Shown: positions 42,127 to 57,119 of the stretch, in pieces
Position numbering within the stretch: the stretch's first letter is position 1
How the letters are laid out: every line of letters starts with the position of its first letter
Source: Octopus vulgaris
Lineage: Eukaryota
NCBI GenBank assembly: GCA_951406725.2
Contig: OX597829.1
Coordinates: 17,856,001 to 17,920,000 of the forward strand
Reading direction: 5' to 3'
DNA length: 64,000 nt
Position numbers and translations under genes: made by a program
Notes under the pieces: model-generated
What the model saw: the letters and a program-made list of their open reading frames with translations, nothing else
Told to the model about the DNA's origin: nothing
Database searches by the model: none

Positions 42127-43164
42127 CTCTCTCTCTCTCTCTCTCTATCTCTATCTCTCTCTCTCTATCTCTATCTCTCTCTCTCTTTCACTTTCAGTGC
42201 GTCTGTCTCCGTCCTGTATGTATGCGACGCGCACAAGTCTGCACTTCTAAGTATTTATGCATTCTTGTGAGTTTGCATGTTTTTGAACGTGTGTGGTATC
42301 TTTGTTTGTGTCCATGTATTTACGAGTATTTATACGTGTGTGTGTATATATATATATTTATGTATGTGCTTTTTGTCTTTGTGGTTGCGTTTCCACGTAC
42401 GTGCGTATGCGTGTGAGTGGTAGTACCTCTCAGCCAATAAGCATATTAGAAGACTATTCCCTCTACACGGGGAAGTATGTAGTTTGCCGTCAAACGTGAC
42501 CCAACTAAAACAAAACGAAACAAAATGTCATTTTCTCTTACAATCAAGTACAAATTTGGATAAGACGGGTGGCAGAAGAGGAGACGATATGCAAGAGTAT
42601 GCAAGACATAACAACAACATCAACAACAACAACAGCATATGTATACAACGCCCCACCCTGAAGCTAGCTGGCAAGTGGCGAATAAAGGAGACTTAAGACC
42701 TTTGTGCTTGTATGCAATTAATCGTTCCATTGTTTTAGCAAACTGTCAAGACTGTGTATATGTATGCGTTTGCGTTGATATACATGTTTATTTTTTATAT
42801 ATATATAGATATATAAAAGAATACTTATATAAACAATTATATATGTAATTCTAGGAAAACAAACCCTGGTTGTGGTGTGAGACACCGGAATTTTAATTAA
42901 TTACAATTGAATTAAATATGGAATGCAGTGGGCAGTGAGAAATGATCTTTTAGGGTCAAAATACCAGTCAGTTACTATTGCAGAGAATATGAATTGTTTT
43001 ATTCTGTTATTTATTATACTTTTCGCTCATTGGATTGCGATCAAGCTGGAGCTTTGCCTTCAGATGTTTACTCGAACAAATCGACCCTTTCCAAACCCAT
43101 TCTTTGGCAGAGCCTCCAGGTTGTGAGGACGTAAGCAAACCAGCACCAGGTTTCATTCAGTGAG

Positions 43165-43395
43165 AAGGCGGCGAGCTGGCAGAAACGTTAGCACGCCGGG
43201 CGAAATGCTTGACAGTATTTCGTCTGACGTTACGTTCTGAGTTCAATTTCCGCCGAGGTCGACTTTACCTTTCATCCTTTCGGGATCGATTAAATAAGTA
43301 CCAGTTACACACTGGGGTCGACTTAATCGACTTAATCCGTGTGTCTGTCCTTGTTTGTCCTCTCTGTGTTTACCCTTGTGGGTAGTAAAGAAATA
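43165..43395 (+). mobile_element. SINE family B full copy with ~16-bp TSD, inserted in a degraded family A copy
   Basis: GGTTT(T)CATTCAGTGAG on both sides (~43149-43164 and 43396-43412). Confidence 0.9.
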
Positions 43396-43959
43396 GGTTT
43401 TCATTCAGTGAGGGGACAAACTCAAACGCAAAGACACATACATATACATGTGTTTTTTTTAATATGTAAGTGTGTGCTTGTGCTTGTGTATGTCAGTATG
43501 GGCCGATGTTTGGGCGTGCATGTGTTTGTGTGTGTGTGTGTGTGTGTGTGCGTATGTGCGTGTGTGTACGACGGGATTTCACTGTTTCCGTCTACCAAAT
43601 TCATTGATCGACCCGGAGCCAGAGTGAAAGACGTTTGTCCAAGGTACCACTACACATCAGAACTGAACCAGAAACCCTTGATTCCGGAACGAAATGAGCA
43701 TACAACATCAATTACAAAGCAAACTTTCTTGTTCTTATCAACATTCCCAGTATCCTGTTTGTTGTGTTCTATTCTCCAATTGGTTTGCATAGGTAAGAAG
43801 ACCCACAACAACCTCATTTCATTGTCTTCCAGCCCGATATTTCTGTTCTCAGAAAACAGTCATAGCTTTTTTCTGTACAAGCAAAACTACCTCTTGCATA
43901 AATTTCATGGAATTATTACAACAAATTTATCATGTCTGCCTTTTTTGTACTCCGTTTGA

Positions 43960-44021
43960 GCTAGCCGACCACAGCCTTGTGAGTGGATGTGGTAGACGGA
44001 AACTGAAAGAAGCTCGTCGTA

Positions 44022-44071
<50 letters not shown>

Positions 44072-44277
44072 CATGTGTGTGTGTGTCCCCCAGCATCGCT
44101 TGACATCGATGCTAGTGTGTTTATGTCCCCGTAACTTAGCGGTTTGGCATAAGAAACCGATAGAATAAGTACTAGGCTTACAAAGAATAATCCTGGGGTC
44201 GATTTGCTCGACTAAATGCGGTGCTCCAGCATGGCCGCAGTCAAAATGACTGAAACGAATAAACGAATAAAAGAATA
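43960..44277 (+). mobile_element. SINE family A, 5'-truncated
   Basis: GCCGACCACAGCCTTGTGAGTGG...GGTGCTCCAGCATGGCCGCAGTCAAAATGACTGAAAC. Confidence 0.85.
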
Positions 44278-44491
44278 CATACAAACATACATACATACAT
44301 ACATACATACATACATACATACATACATACATACATACATACATACATACATACATACATACATACATACATACATGCACACATGCATGCGCACATACAT
44401 ACATACATACATACATACATACATACATACATACATACATACATACATACATACATACATACATACATACATACATACATACATACATACA

Positions 44492-44525
<34 letters not shown>

Positions 44526-44858
44526 CATACATACATACATACATACATACATACATACATACATACATACATACACACATACATACATACATACATACAT
44601 ACATACATACATACATACATACATACATACACTCATACATACATACATACATACATACACACATACATACATTCATACATACATGCATACATACATACTA
44701 ACATACATACACACATACATACATACATACATACATACATACACTCATACATACATACATACATACATACATACATACATACACACATACATACATACAT
44801 ACATTCATACATACATACATACATACATACATACATACATACATACATACATACATAC
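44278..44858. repeat. (TACA)n microsatellite
   Basis: Direct reading. Confidence 0.95.
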
Positions 44859-44884
44859 AACAAGTTTATCCCGTGTCGTTCGAG

Positions 44885-45150
44885 TGGTATGAGATCTTGC
44901 TGCCGAAGGGCTCGCTTTCTATTAAACAAAGCCGGTTATGGCATACGTCCAGTCCAGCTGTTCGGAATACAGACTAGCACGATGATTCGACCGTCTGGAA
45001 CGAAATCATAGTGAATTATCCTCTCATAATTCCACCAGACATAGAGCATAACCTTGTGTTCGAAATGCCCATGTTTTCGACAGGTTCCGGAAGCTCATCC
45101 TTCTTGACACCACTGCTTATGCGCCGCATTAGAATTGTGGGAAAATATCT
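44885..45150 (-). pseudogene. Mariner transposase fragment
   Basis: Minus frame HKVMLYVWWNYERIIHYDFVPDG...ALFNRKRALRQQD resembles mariner KVMLCVWW..GIIHYE / LVNRKGVLLQHD. Confidence 0.75.
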
Positions 45151-46039
45151 AAGATTATCACTTGCTTTGCCATAGATAAAAATTACTTAAACATCTGCGC
45201 TCACACACACATGATCCTAAATCAAGTAAAATCATATGAAATAGGATGAAGATGTGACTCTTCCGGGCAGAGTCACATCAAATACCTCAAAGAGTTGTCG
45301 GGAATTAGCGATCTAATGTTATTATGACTGTCCTTTCTTTCATTTCTGCCATCCCATGCCCCTTCTTCAATAGAATGCCTCCCACCTCTATTCCCTTTGT
45401 TCCTTTCTCTCTCGCTTTCTTTCCTTCTCTTTATTTTAGTCTTTCTCTTCCATATCATCACTTCTTCTTCTCCTTTCCTCTTTATCTCTTTTCCACTTAC
45501 CTTACACTGATTCGCATTGCTTCTCTTCGTTTCCCCTCTTGTACCGATACCATTCCACCAGTGTTCTGCCTTGTTATAACCAAGAATGACTCGGACGAAA
45601 GTAGCACTGGACTTTTAGGTCGCTCACTTTTTCTCAATCGATCAATGGACCGATTAAGTAAACCTGTCAATAGCTAACCTATAATGATCACTGGAAACAG
45701 CTGTAAGGCAAATTTACTGCAGTGAAGAAAAATATGAAACGACCATCATTTATAACTTGTCTTGTATATCACTTTGTGTAAAAACCAGTGTTACTGGAAC
45801 TCAACCACGGATATCAATAACAGAACAGCGGTGAACTATAATCTACGATCCTGCCTCAAGAATACGCGGAGTTATTTACTAATCTTAACAATACTATTAG
45901 CCTCATGTACTAACAAGAGCTTATAAAATATTTTTCTCTTTATATATGTATATGTATATAATAATGATAATATTGCGTTTAAAACAAATTCAGTAATGTA
46001 CAAATGTCTGGAAAGTGAACAGATACATGCTTGCGTGTG

Positions 46040-46447
46040 TATAGAGGGGAGAAAATCAGGTGTAGTGTTGGTGAATCTCAGGAAGCATGGAAGTTTTGAA
46101 GGATGCAGTGCTCAGCAGTTTGTTCCATACTTCAGCAACTCTTAGCATGAAAAAATGTTTCCGAAAGTCATGGGAGCTGTGCTGTTTTCTGACTTTGTAA
46201 ACATGTCCACGGATGTTAGATAGGTGGAGTTTGAAAAGGTGCTCAGAGTTATTGTTAGTAAGATTGTTAATAATTTTAAGGGGATCTGCCAAGTCAGCTG
46301 CCAGACGTCGGGGATTTCAATGTATCCATGCCCGGTGAAGTAAGGCGTTCAGAATATGGCAACTGTCTCATGGAGGGTTTTCTCTTGGTTGCACGTCGCT
46401 GAACGGTTTCCAGACGATTGATATCCTCGGCAAGATAGGGGTTCCAG

Positions 46448-46450
<3 letters not shown>
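46040..46450 (-). mobile_element. CR1-like LINE 3' end
   Basis: YLAEDINRLETVQRRATK...YSERL...RRLAADL and RGHVYKVRKQHSSHDFRKHFFMLRVAEVWNKL. Confidence 0.85.
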
Positions 46451-46498
<48 letters not shown>

Positions 46499-46760
46499 TG
46501 CCATTGAGGTCATTAAGGATGCAACTCACCACCAGCATTGCTAGAAATAAGAATCAAAACAAATCTTAGCCACGGATAAAGCACTTATCTATTGACTGAC
46601 AAGGGAGACAACCTCCCTACAGCAAGCCAACAAGCGAAACCGTTAGATCACGGAGGATTTCAGATGTTTTCCATATTTTATCCCGTTATTTGCGTATTTA
46701 ACTCATTTGTTTTGGTATTTCATCTTGTTTACACAGTTGGTGACGTCCTGTACTCATATA

Positions 46761-46807
<47 letters not shown>

Positions 46808-46916
46808 TATATTATATATATATATAAATATAGATAGATAGATAAAGACATAGATATTGTATGTGTATGTATATATACATATATATATATATATGTGTGT
46901 GTGTATAGATAGATAG

Positions 46917-46947
<31 letters not shown>

Positions 46948-47117
46948 TGTATGTGTCTGCGTGTGTGTGTGTGCGCGCGCGTGGGAGGCGAACGCAAATT
47001 CGGGCACAAAAGGTAGTAGTTAAATATAAACGAACCGACCAACCAGCCAGCCACCCAACTAACCAGGCCAACCAATGACACATATCAAAATGTACAAGAC
47101 AATTAAAAAGAAAACAC

Positions 47118-47545
<428 letters not shown>

Positions 47546-48230
47546 ATGAAATGCAATAAAATAAGAGGAAACAAAACAAATCGTAATGATAGCAACAACG
47601 ATAACTACGACGACCATAATAACATGAACGACAACAATAATAACAACAGCAACAGCAACAACAACAACAAACTGTCCAAATAAGAGAGAAAGAAATAAGC
47701 AGACAGAGTGGAGACATAGCAAATACGATTGCCTCACCTCTCTAAAATGGTCTAAGCCGTAGTTTCCCACGCTCTCCGTGGCAAGGCTTAACTCACAGTT
47801 ATCAGGGATCTAGACGGGCTTTATCGTCTGCGATGCTGAACCCTTTGGAACCCGTGTGTGTGTGTGTGTATGTTAGTACGTGCGTGGGTGAGTGCATATG
47901 TGTGTGTGTGTGTGTGTGTGTGTACCTACGCATGCGTGTGTGTATGTCTGCTTGTGTGTGTGTGTATGTGTGTGTGTGTGTGTAGACATACATAAATACG
48001 GGGAAGACGGATGGGAGAAGTCATGCCCATGAGCTACTCCGGGCCAATACAGATTCTCGTATTATGTGTGTGCGTGTGTGTGTGTGTATGTGTCTGTGCA
48101 TGTGTGTATATATGTTTGTATGTATGTATTTATGCATGTATCTATATGCATATATATATATAGTTCTACGTACATACACACACATATATACATACACACA
48201 TACGCACTCATACACATAGACACTCTTATG

Positions 48231-48270
<40 letters not shown>

Positions 48271-48295
48271 TGTATGTATATATAACATTTGCATA

Positions 48296-48351
<56 letters not shown>

Positions 48352-49061
48352 GACATAAATACACATACATACATATAAATATATATATATATACATACAT
48401 AATACATACACATACATATAAATATATATATATATACATACATAATACATACATATCATATATATATGTATGTATATATATATATATATATATATATAAT
48501 TGTCTTTTATGCGCGTAAGAAGGCCAGTGACAAAGAAGAGAAGAGGTGAGATTGTGCGGAAGGAACCAACGTGAGGAAAAATATGATACAGTGTCTTGGC
48601 AGTTTTATAAACGTCTGAAATTCGTACACGTAATCATTCGTTCGCAAACTCGGAAAACAATAAATCCTTACATAATAGGGGCAAGGCCTGAAATTCTTTT
48701 CAGTAGAGACTAGTCGCTTACATTGAATTTGAGTGGTCAAATGGTATTTTTAATTTTAACAGTGTCAAAAGGCAGATGAAAGGAAAAATTGTACTCGGTG
48801 GCATTCGAGCTCACACTGTCAGGAGCCAAAAATTAATGCCCTGATGCAGTACCAGGCAGTGGCTCTCATGGCTTCTGATCTTAACAGATTGGAAGTGTTA
48901 TCATGTACATTGTTTTGTCTTGGTATAAAAAATGGGCTACAGCAAATATTCTGCCCAATACCACAGATTTGCTTGTCAGTTGTTTGACCTTAACAAGTTG
49001 AGCATGTCCCTTGGTGGCTGACGATATGTGCATCTCTGATCACGAGCAGAAGTAGTGGGTG

Positions 49062-49378
49062 AGCTTTCTAATTGATGTATCAATACCAGCAGATGACAAC
49101 GTTTCTCTAAAAGAAATGGAGAAACTTTCAAAATACAAAGACCTGGAAACGGAGGTAACGCGAATGTGGAATCTAAAAACAGAAACAATTCCTATCATAG
49201 TAGGCGAAGTAGGTATGATAAAAAAATATTCAGACAAATACATAACAAAAACACAAGGACTTACAAACACATATAACATACAGAAAATTGCACTACTGGG
49301 CACTGCACATACCCAAGGCACACAGAGCTACGCTCGGTAGTGAAGTGAAAGCACGCTATAAAAATAAACCTACTGAAT
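49062..49378 (+). mobile_element. R4/Dong-clade 3' fragment (copy 1) ending in (TAA)n
   Basis: LIDVSIPADDNVSLKEMEKLSKYKDLETEVTRMWNLKTETIPIIVG...IQKIALLGTAH. Confidence 0.9.
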
Positions 49379-49384
49379 AATAAA

Positions 49385-49536
<152 letters not shown>

Positions 49537-49562
49537 TAACAATAACAATAACAATAACAATA

Positions 49563-50264
49563 ACCAGAAATTACCAAAAACATATTAGGAAAAGTAACAT
49601 AACAAGTAACTGCAGAATATGTAGAGATGGACAAGAAACAATAAATCATATTGTCTCTCAGTGCCCAGTGCTGGCTAAGAGGGAAAATATTCACAGACAC
49701 AACAAAGTTGGGACCTACATACACTGGAAGCTATGCCGACATTATGGAATAACAACAGAAAAGAGATGGTATAAGCACACACCAGAAAAGGTCACAGAAA
49801 AATAAGAAAGCAACAATATTATGGGATATGCCAATAGAAACATAGAGAGAAACTGAGGCCAATAGGTCAGATATAGTTGTCAGAGATCAAGAAGAAAAAA
49901 GTATTTTCTAATTGATGTATCAATGCCAACAGATGACAACGTCTCTAAAAGAAATGGAGAAACTTACAAAATACCAAGACCTGGAAATAGAGGTAACTCG
50001 AATGTGGAGTTTAAAAACAGAAACAATTCCTATCATAGTGGGCGCATCAAGTAAGATAAAAAATATTCAGACAAATACATAACAAAAACATCAGGGTTAA
50101 CAAATATATGTAACATACAGAAAATTGCACTACTGGGCACACATCCTACGTAAAACGCATTAAATACAGTAACCATAAGAGCATCACAGCAAACCACAGC
50201 ACATACCCAAGGCGCACAGAGCTGCGCACGGTTGTGTAGGAAAAGCAAGTTATAAAAATTAGAC
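49563..50264 (+). mobile_element. R4/Dong-clade 3' fragment (copy 2: CCHC zinc knuckle plus RLE), flanked by (TAA)n
   Basis: CRICRDGQETINHIVSQCPVLA..RHNKVGTYIHWKLC..WYKHTPEKV..ILWD..NRSDIVV..LIDVS; high identity to copy 1. Confidence 0.9.
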
Positions 50265-50332
<68 letters not shown>

Positions 50333-50346
50333 GTAATAATAATAAT

Positions 50347-50420
<74 letters not shown>

Positions 50421-50456
50421 CAATAACAACAATAATAATGATAATAACAATAATAA

Positions 50457-50670
50457 TGGTTTCAAATTTTGGCACAATGCCAGCAATTTTGAGAGAAGGG
50501 ATAATTCGCTTACATCGATCCTAGTGCTGAACTGGTAATTATTTTCTCAACCCCGAAAGGATGAAAGGTAAAGTCACCCCCGTGGCATTTGAACTCAGAA
50601 TGTAAGGTCGGAAGAAATGCTGCTAAGCATTTATTCCGGCGCGGTAACAATTCTGCCAGCTCGCCGTCCT
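50457..50670 (-). mobile_element. Old SINE B-type copy
   Basis: GGTTTCAAATTTTGGCACAA...CCCCGAAAGGATGAAAGG...TTCTGCCAGCTCGCC. Confidence 0.8.
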
Positions 50671-51285
50671 AATAACAAGAATAATAATGTTAATAATGAT
50701 ATACTGATTTATATTTGCATATATCTGTATGTGTGTATGTGTGTATAGCATGTAATTAGCGAGTGGTTTATACTGAAGAAACGTTTAATTAATTAATATT
50801 CACCTTTTATCATTCCAATGTAAAATGAAGAACGATTATTTAATGATATCAGGTACTCTACACCGACAATCTCAATAGTGACATTAGTTACGTATGTCAT
50901 GCTGTAAAGAAATATTTAGAAAGGTGATGAATAGCAGTTCAGTCTGTACGACATATGTTTCAATAACAAGGCATTTCATTCATAATTCATGACTTACGGA
51001 ATACAACGATTGCAGTCTGAGCCTGAAGAAAAGGTCGGTATTTTTATGATTTTAGTTCTGTCTTATGATTTTAAATCTACCCAGAGTTACCTCGCTTCGG
51101 TATTTCCCATTGATAACGACTAAAGAGCTAGAAATGTTGTGTCTACGAATCTGATAGAGGACAACACTAGGTAAATATGGTAGCTTGCGTCACTCTATAA
51201 TTCTTGCTGTTTAAAAATAATAAAATACGTGTATAAACCCAAGGTTCTTTGAAACCATTAATATTATTATTATTATTATTATTAT

Positions 51286-51330
<45 letters not shown>

Positions 51331-51815
51331 CAGCATTTATACGTGTGTAAACTCAAGTATTATTGCTGTTTATGTTCTAACAAACCTAAGTATGTAGGTT
51401 TACACGTATGCATCAGATAGTCGTATATTTTCACACTCAGACACATATACACGTTGATAGTTCGCGAAACATATTTTAAACCATAGCTTACTTAGTTTGT
51501 ACTCCAACCTGCATTTAACTCTCTCATTCATATAAGTTTGCTTCTGCTGGCATGGAACTAGGAACATTCTCCTCTAAACTATGTATTGTAACTAATTCAG
51601 CCGGCCACCGTTCGTTTATTCAGCTTCGTTTTTTTTTTTTTTCGTTCTTTGATAAGGTAGCGGGTTCTTTTGCATGCTGGTTTTGTTAAAGACACAAGAG
51701 AGTTTTCATTTCTTATTTTGTTTGCTCTGGCATAACACAAAACATTTCTTTCTACATTTAGTTGGATTCTGTGAAGACACTGTTTCTTCTTTTTTCTTTT
51801 GTTATTATTGAAGAT

Positions 51816-52280
51816 AGGCGGCGACCTGACAGAATCGTTAGCACGCCGTGCGAAATGCTTAGCGGTATTTCGTCTACCGTTACGTTCTGAGTTCAAATTC
51901 CGCCGAGGTCGACTTTGCCTTTCATCCTTTCGGGGTCGATTAAATAAGTACCAGTTACGCACTGGCGTCGATATAATCGACTTAATCCGTCTGTCTGTCC
52001 TTGTTTGTCCTCTCTGTGTTTAGCCCCTTGTGGTTAATAAAGAAATAGGTATTTTGTCTGCCGTTACGTTCTGAGTTCAAATTCCGCTGAGGTCGACTTT
52101 GCCTGTCATCCTTTCGGAGTCGATAAATTAAGTACCAATTACGAAGTGGGGTCGATGTAATCGACTTAAACCATTTGCCTGTCCTTGATTGTCCCCCTCT
52201 AAGTTTTTATCCCCTTGTGGGCAATAAAGAAATAAGAATCGTTAGCACGCCGGATAAAATTCTTAGCGCCATTTTGTCCG
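51816..52280 (+). mobile_element. SINE family B tandem (two bodies plus remnant)
   Basis: Junctions GAAATA|GGTATTTTG (~52048) and GAAATA|AGAATCGTTAG (~52234). Confidence 0.9.
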
Positions 52281-52299
52281 AGTCCGACTTCATGTTTAG

Positions 52300-52535
52300 G
52301 TGCAGTATGTCTGTATATATATCTACGTGTGCGTGTCATTGTCTGTGTTTGTTCTTCACCACCGCTTGACAACAGATGTTTAAGTCCCCATAACTTAGCA
52401 GTTCAGCCAAAAAACGATAGAATAAGTACAAGGCTTAAAACATAAGTGCTTGAGTCGATTTGCTCGATTAAAACCATTCAAGGTGCTGCCTCAGCACAAC
52501 CGCAGTCAAATGACTGAAACAAGTAAAAAGATAAA
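52300..52535 (+). mobile_element. Diverged SINE family A 3' part
   Basis: GCTTGACAAC...AACTTAGCAGTTC...CGCAGTCAAATGACTGAAACAAGTAAAA. Confidence 0.75.
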
Positions 52536-53038
52536 TACAAAACAATTTCTGCATTTTGTTATCGTTATTAAGGACACATAATAGTCTTTATTTTTCTATC
52601 TTCCTTCAAGACTCAAAGTAGTAATTTTGCTTTGTTTTGCTTCCTTGAAAACACAAAACGGTTTTATTTTACAATGGCGTACATATTAATTTCTCATATT
52701 TTCTGGAAGACCTGAACGTGAATATCTTAATCACCGATGTATTTCGCTTTCGGGGAACACTTTCTTTCAATTGATGTGTGGTCACAGCAAACTAGGTTCA
52801 TTGACTTAAGGGACCTTGATACGTCGGTGTTTTGACCTAATTTTATTCTTTCAGAGAAAACCACTCCCAGATCAAGAATGGCAGCTCTTGTTTATGGTAT
52901 TCTGCAAACATCTTGTAGATTCTCACAATTCATTGTGTACATGGTAATTTATTATTGGTTCAGAAGACATCGGAATGCATCAGGAAGTAATTTTTGCTGA
53001 AGTCTATTAATAAGAGTCACCATTCTTCTTTAAATCTA

Positions 53039-53180
53039 CGAGGGGTGTATGAAAAGTTTGAAGCCTTCAAGGCCTTTGAGTTTTGAAGTCTTGTACTTTC
53101 ATCAGAAGTTTTGTACCTTGTTTTGCTTTGCTTTGTTGTTGTTTTTTTCTTGAGGCTCAAGACGTTTCATATACCCCTCG
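53039..53180. mobile_element. Mariner-derived MITE
   Basis: TA|CGAGGGGTGTATGAAAAGTTTGAAGCCT ... AGGCTCAAGACGTTTCATATACCCCTCG terminal inverted repeats. Confidence 0.8.
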
Positions 53181-53198
53181 TTTTGATCCAGGGGAAGC

Positions 53199-53247
53199 TT
53201 TGATTAAAGAGATATACCACAATTAGGTCGAAACACGGTGTTTCAAA
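53199..53247 (+). ncRNA. Degenerate hammerhead fold
   Basis: UUUGA-UUAAAGA-GAU...GUC-GAAA-CACGGU-GUU-UCAAA; stem I perfect, near-palindromic ACAC-G-GUGU, G5 mutated. Confidence 0.45.
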
Positions 53248-53925
53248 CTCCCGTTACGTCAAAAGAATCGAACAAATATCGTCGTGTGTTACACCCTCCC
53301 CGAGGACGAAACACACCAGCGGTTAGTAAAGATGCTCAAATTTACTGAAACATATTAAGAATGGATATATATATTTCAACCGTTCGAACCTCGCTATTCT
53401 ACGTGCATATGATAATTTACTAGTTTTTCGTTATTTTTTTTACATCCATCAAGATATAAAAACAGCTTTGTATATTACTGCCTTCAGTGAATACTCAAAA
53501 TATTTCTTTCTGTATTTTCTCTTGCAGGTGTTGGTATTTATTTTCTTTTGCTTTGTATTTCGCTAGATATTTTTCGTAAACCTACAATAGATAGCTTTAT
53601 ATCGTCTATGCTTGTAAAACAAAAACAAAAAAAACAACGGACATGCATTTTTGCTTTTACGTAACAAATTTAGAGTAAAGTGCGCCATATATGTTAAGAA
53701 TAGAAATAAAATGAATTAGATAATTTTTTTTTATATGAATTAAAAGAAAACTGACAAAAAATACAAATTACAAAAGCTAAGGTAAAAAAAGGAAACACAA
53801 GCAAAGGAAAATAACATGATTCTAAAGATAAAATGTTCAGTAGGAAGAAAATTGAATTAAATGAAGCATCGTGGCAGAATAAATTGTATCTCTACCAAAT
53901 AAAATATGTGAAGTATTATATATAC

Positions 53926-53976
<51 letters not shown>

Positions 53977-54249
53977 AACACACATATGCACACACATATA
54001 TATATATAAATATGTATGTGTGTAAATCTATATATATACATACATATGGACTTTGTATGTATATGTATATGTATATATTTGTGTGTGCGTGCGTGCGTGC
54101 AGGCGTATTTATGGGTGATTGTGGTATGTGTGAGGGCATGAGTATGATAGTGTTTGCATTGTTGTAAAGCACAGTTATATGTAATTCAAGTTCAACACAA
54201 CAAGTGTTTGCTATCTGAACAAGAATAACACCCAAAACCCACATAACTT

Positions 54250-54531
54250 AAAACACCCCACCCGCAACCACCAACAACTTCTACTGTTACCACCAACACC
54301 ACCAACACAACCACCAACACCATCATCATCATCAAAATCACCACCACCACCACCACCACCACCGCCGCCACCACCAGTACCATCATTATCATTGCCATCA
54401 CCATAACGACTACCACCGCCAACCAACAACAGCAACAACAACAACAGAAGCATCACCACAATCTCCCACCCACCAACAACCGCAAACACCACTGCCATCA
54501 TCATCATCATCATCATCATCATCACCATCAT

Positions 54532-54579
<48 letters not shown>

Positions 54580-56415
54580 AATCATCATCATAATCATCAT
54601 CATCACTGCCACCACTACCACCACCACCATCATCACCATCATCAGTACCACTAGTACCACCACCACCACTTCCATCGTTACCCCCTTATTATCACCGTCA
54701 ACACAACAACAACAACAAAAAACCAATCATCGCCATCACCACCAACATCAGCTTCGCATTCAACCTTCCTCGCCGCCACCATTTCAACGATGACGCTACC
54801 ACCGTTACTACTACTACTACTACCACTACTACAACCTCCACTACAAGTACCACTACCAGCACCACCACCGTCAAACAAGTACTGAAATCACCACCAGCGC
54901 AGTCACCTCCGCCGTTGTCAACATTCTGTCAACATTCTGAGCGTTGGCTGATGGTAAATGATCTATAATAGTGGCGGCGGCGGCTTAGTGGGGACAGCAA
55001 GTGGTGGTGGTTGCTGTTGTTGTTGTTGTTGCTGTTGTTGTTGTTGTTGTTTGTAGTGGTGGTGGTGGTGGTCGTCGTCGTGCTGATGGTGGTGCTGTTT
55101 TCTGAGCGTGGGCGAAACGATGGTGATGATGCAAGTGGTGGTGATGGTGGTGGTGGTGGTGGTGGTGGTGGTGGTGGTGGTGGTGGTGGTGGTTTTGTTG
55201 GTGGTAGTGGTGGTGGTAGTGATGGCATTGGTAGTGGTGATGATGGTGGTGGTGGTGGTGGTTGTGGTGGTGGTGGTGGTGGTGGTGGTGGTGGTGGTGG
55301 TGGTGGTGGTGGTGGTGGTGGTTTTGGTGGTGGTAGTGGTGGTGGTGGTTTTGGTGGTGGTAGTGGTGGTGGTAGTGGTGGTGGTGGTAGTGATGGCATT
55401 GGTAGTGGTGGTGATGGTGGTGGTAGTGATGGCATTGGTAGTGGTGGTGATGGTGGTGGTAGTGGTGGTGGTGGTGGTGGTAGTGGTGGTGGTAGTGGTG
55501 CTGTTTTCTGAGCGTGGGCGAAACGATGGTGATGATGCAAGTGGTGGTGGTGGTGGTGGTTTTGGTGGTGGTAGTGGTGGTAGTGGTGGTGGTAGAGGTG
55601 GTGGTAGTGGTGGTGGTGGTGCTGGTGGTGCAGTGGTGGTGGTGGTTTGTAGTGGTAGCGGTGTGCGTTTCAGAGAATGTGATGATAGTGGTGATGATTT
55701 GCGGTACTGGTGAAGGTAGTAGAGGTAATTTTTTTAGTAGTGTTGGTGCACGCGGGAGACATGGTGATAGTAGGAGGAGTCGTGGTTGGGGTAGTGGCGG
55801 CGGTGATGGTTGTCGTCATCGTCATGACAGCGGTGATTACAATGATTTGATAATGGTGACGATGGTGGTGGTGATGGTGGTTGTGGTGTTGATGGTGTTG
55901 GTATTGGTTCCAGCTGCAATGGTGGTCATTCTACTGGTAAAAAATACTGATGGTGGTGTGGTGGTGGTGGTGGTGGTGGTGGTAGTGGTAGCGGTGGTTG
56001 TGGTGGTAGTTGTAGTAGCAGCAGCAGCAGCAGCAGAAACAGCAGTAACAGTATGTATCGTTTGTTGTTGTGGTTGTTGTAGTAGTGGTCGTATTATTTT
56101 TGATGGTAGTAATGGTGGTGGTGATGGTGGGAATGGTGGTGGTTGTGAAGATAATGGTGATGTTGTTGTTGTTGTTGTTGTTGTTGTTCTTCTTCTTCTT
56201 CTTCTTCTTCTTCTTCTCCTCCTCCTTCTCCTCCTTCTCCTTCTTCTCCTTCTCCTTCTTCTTCTTCTCCTTCTCCTTATTCTCCTCCTCCTCCTCCTTC
56301 TCCTTCTTCTTCATCTTCTTCTTCTTCTTCTTCTTCTTCTTCTTCTTCTTCTTCTTCTTCTTCTTCTTCTTCTTCTTCTTCTTCTTCTTCTTCTTCTTCT
56401 TCTTCTTCATCATCA
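54250..56415. repeat. Large compound trinucleotide field: (CAC/CAT)n, (GGT)n, (TTC/TCC)n
   Basis: Direct reading; source of poly-P/G/V/L ORFs. Confidence 0.9.
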
Positions 56416-57068
56416 TGGTGTTGCTGCTGCTGCTGCCGGAGGTGGTGGTGTGAAAAGAATCGGTTGCGGTAGCAGTTGGAGTGTTGATATTTGTGGGCAG
56501 TTCGCAATGGTGGCGTTGAATGCTATAATTCGATGTGTATCTATGTGTTTACTAGTTCAATAAGAGCCAAGTGCCTGTGTACGTATGCGTGTATATATAT
56601 GTATATATATGATACATATATGCATATATATATGTGTGTGTGTGTGTGTGTGTCTGTGTGTGTGTGTGTGCGTGTGTTTATGCATTTATGTTTCTATGTG
56701 AGTGTGTGCGCATGTGCAAATGCATGTGCATTCGTGAATGTAAGTAGATGAAATTTGTGCGAATATATATGCGTATGCGTGTGAGACTCAATGTGCACAC
56801 ACACACATGTTTATATATATATATATAGTTTTACATCTGCGTATATATGTGTGTGTGTATATCCGCATATGCATATGCGTATATATATACATATATGTGT
56901 GTATACATATATATGTATTTATATGTATATACATATATATATATATATATATACATACATAACATACATCTATATATATATATATACATACATAACATAC
57001 ATCTATACATACATATAAATACATATATACATATATATTTATACACACACATACATACACATATACAT

Positions 57069-57119
<51 letters not shown>

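Noticed and set aside
46585-46650. CTGACAA-GGGAG..CTCCC...GAAACCG hammerhead-like string
   Set aside because: Stem II is not adjacent to GAAA, the 3-8 pair is mismatched and stem I is unconvincing
55100-55120. CTGAGCG-TGGGC-GAAAC
   Set aside because: Core lacks G8/A9 and there are no stems I or III
54929-56563. Proline-rich (formin/extensin-like) and glycine-rich ORFs
   Set aside because: (GGT)n/(ACC)n microsatellite field; no non-repetitive domain
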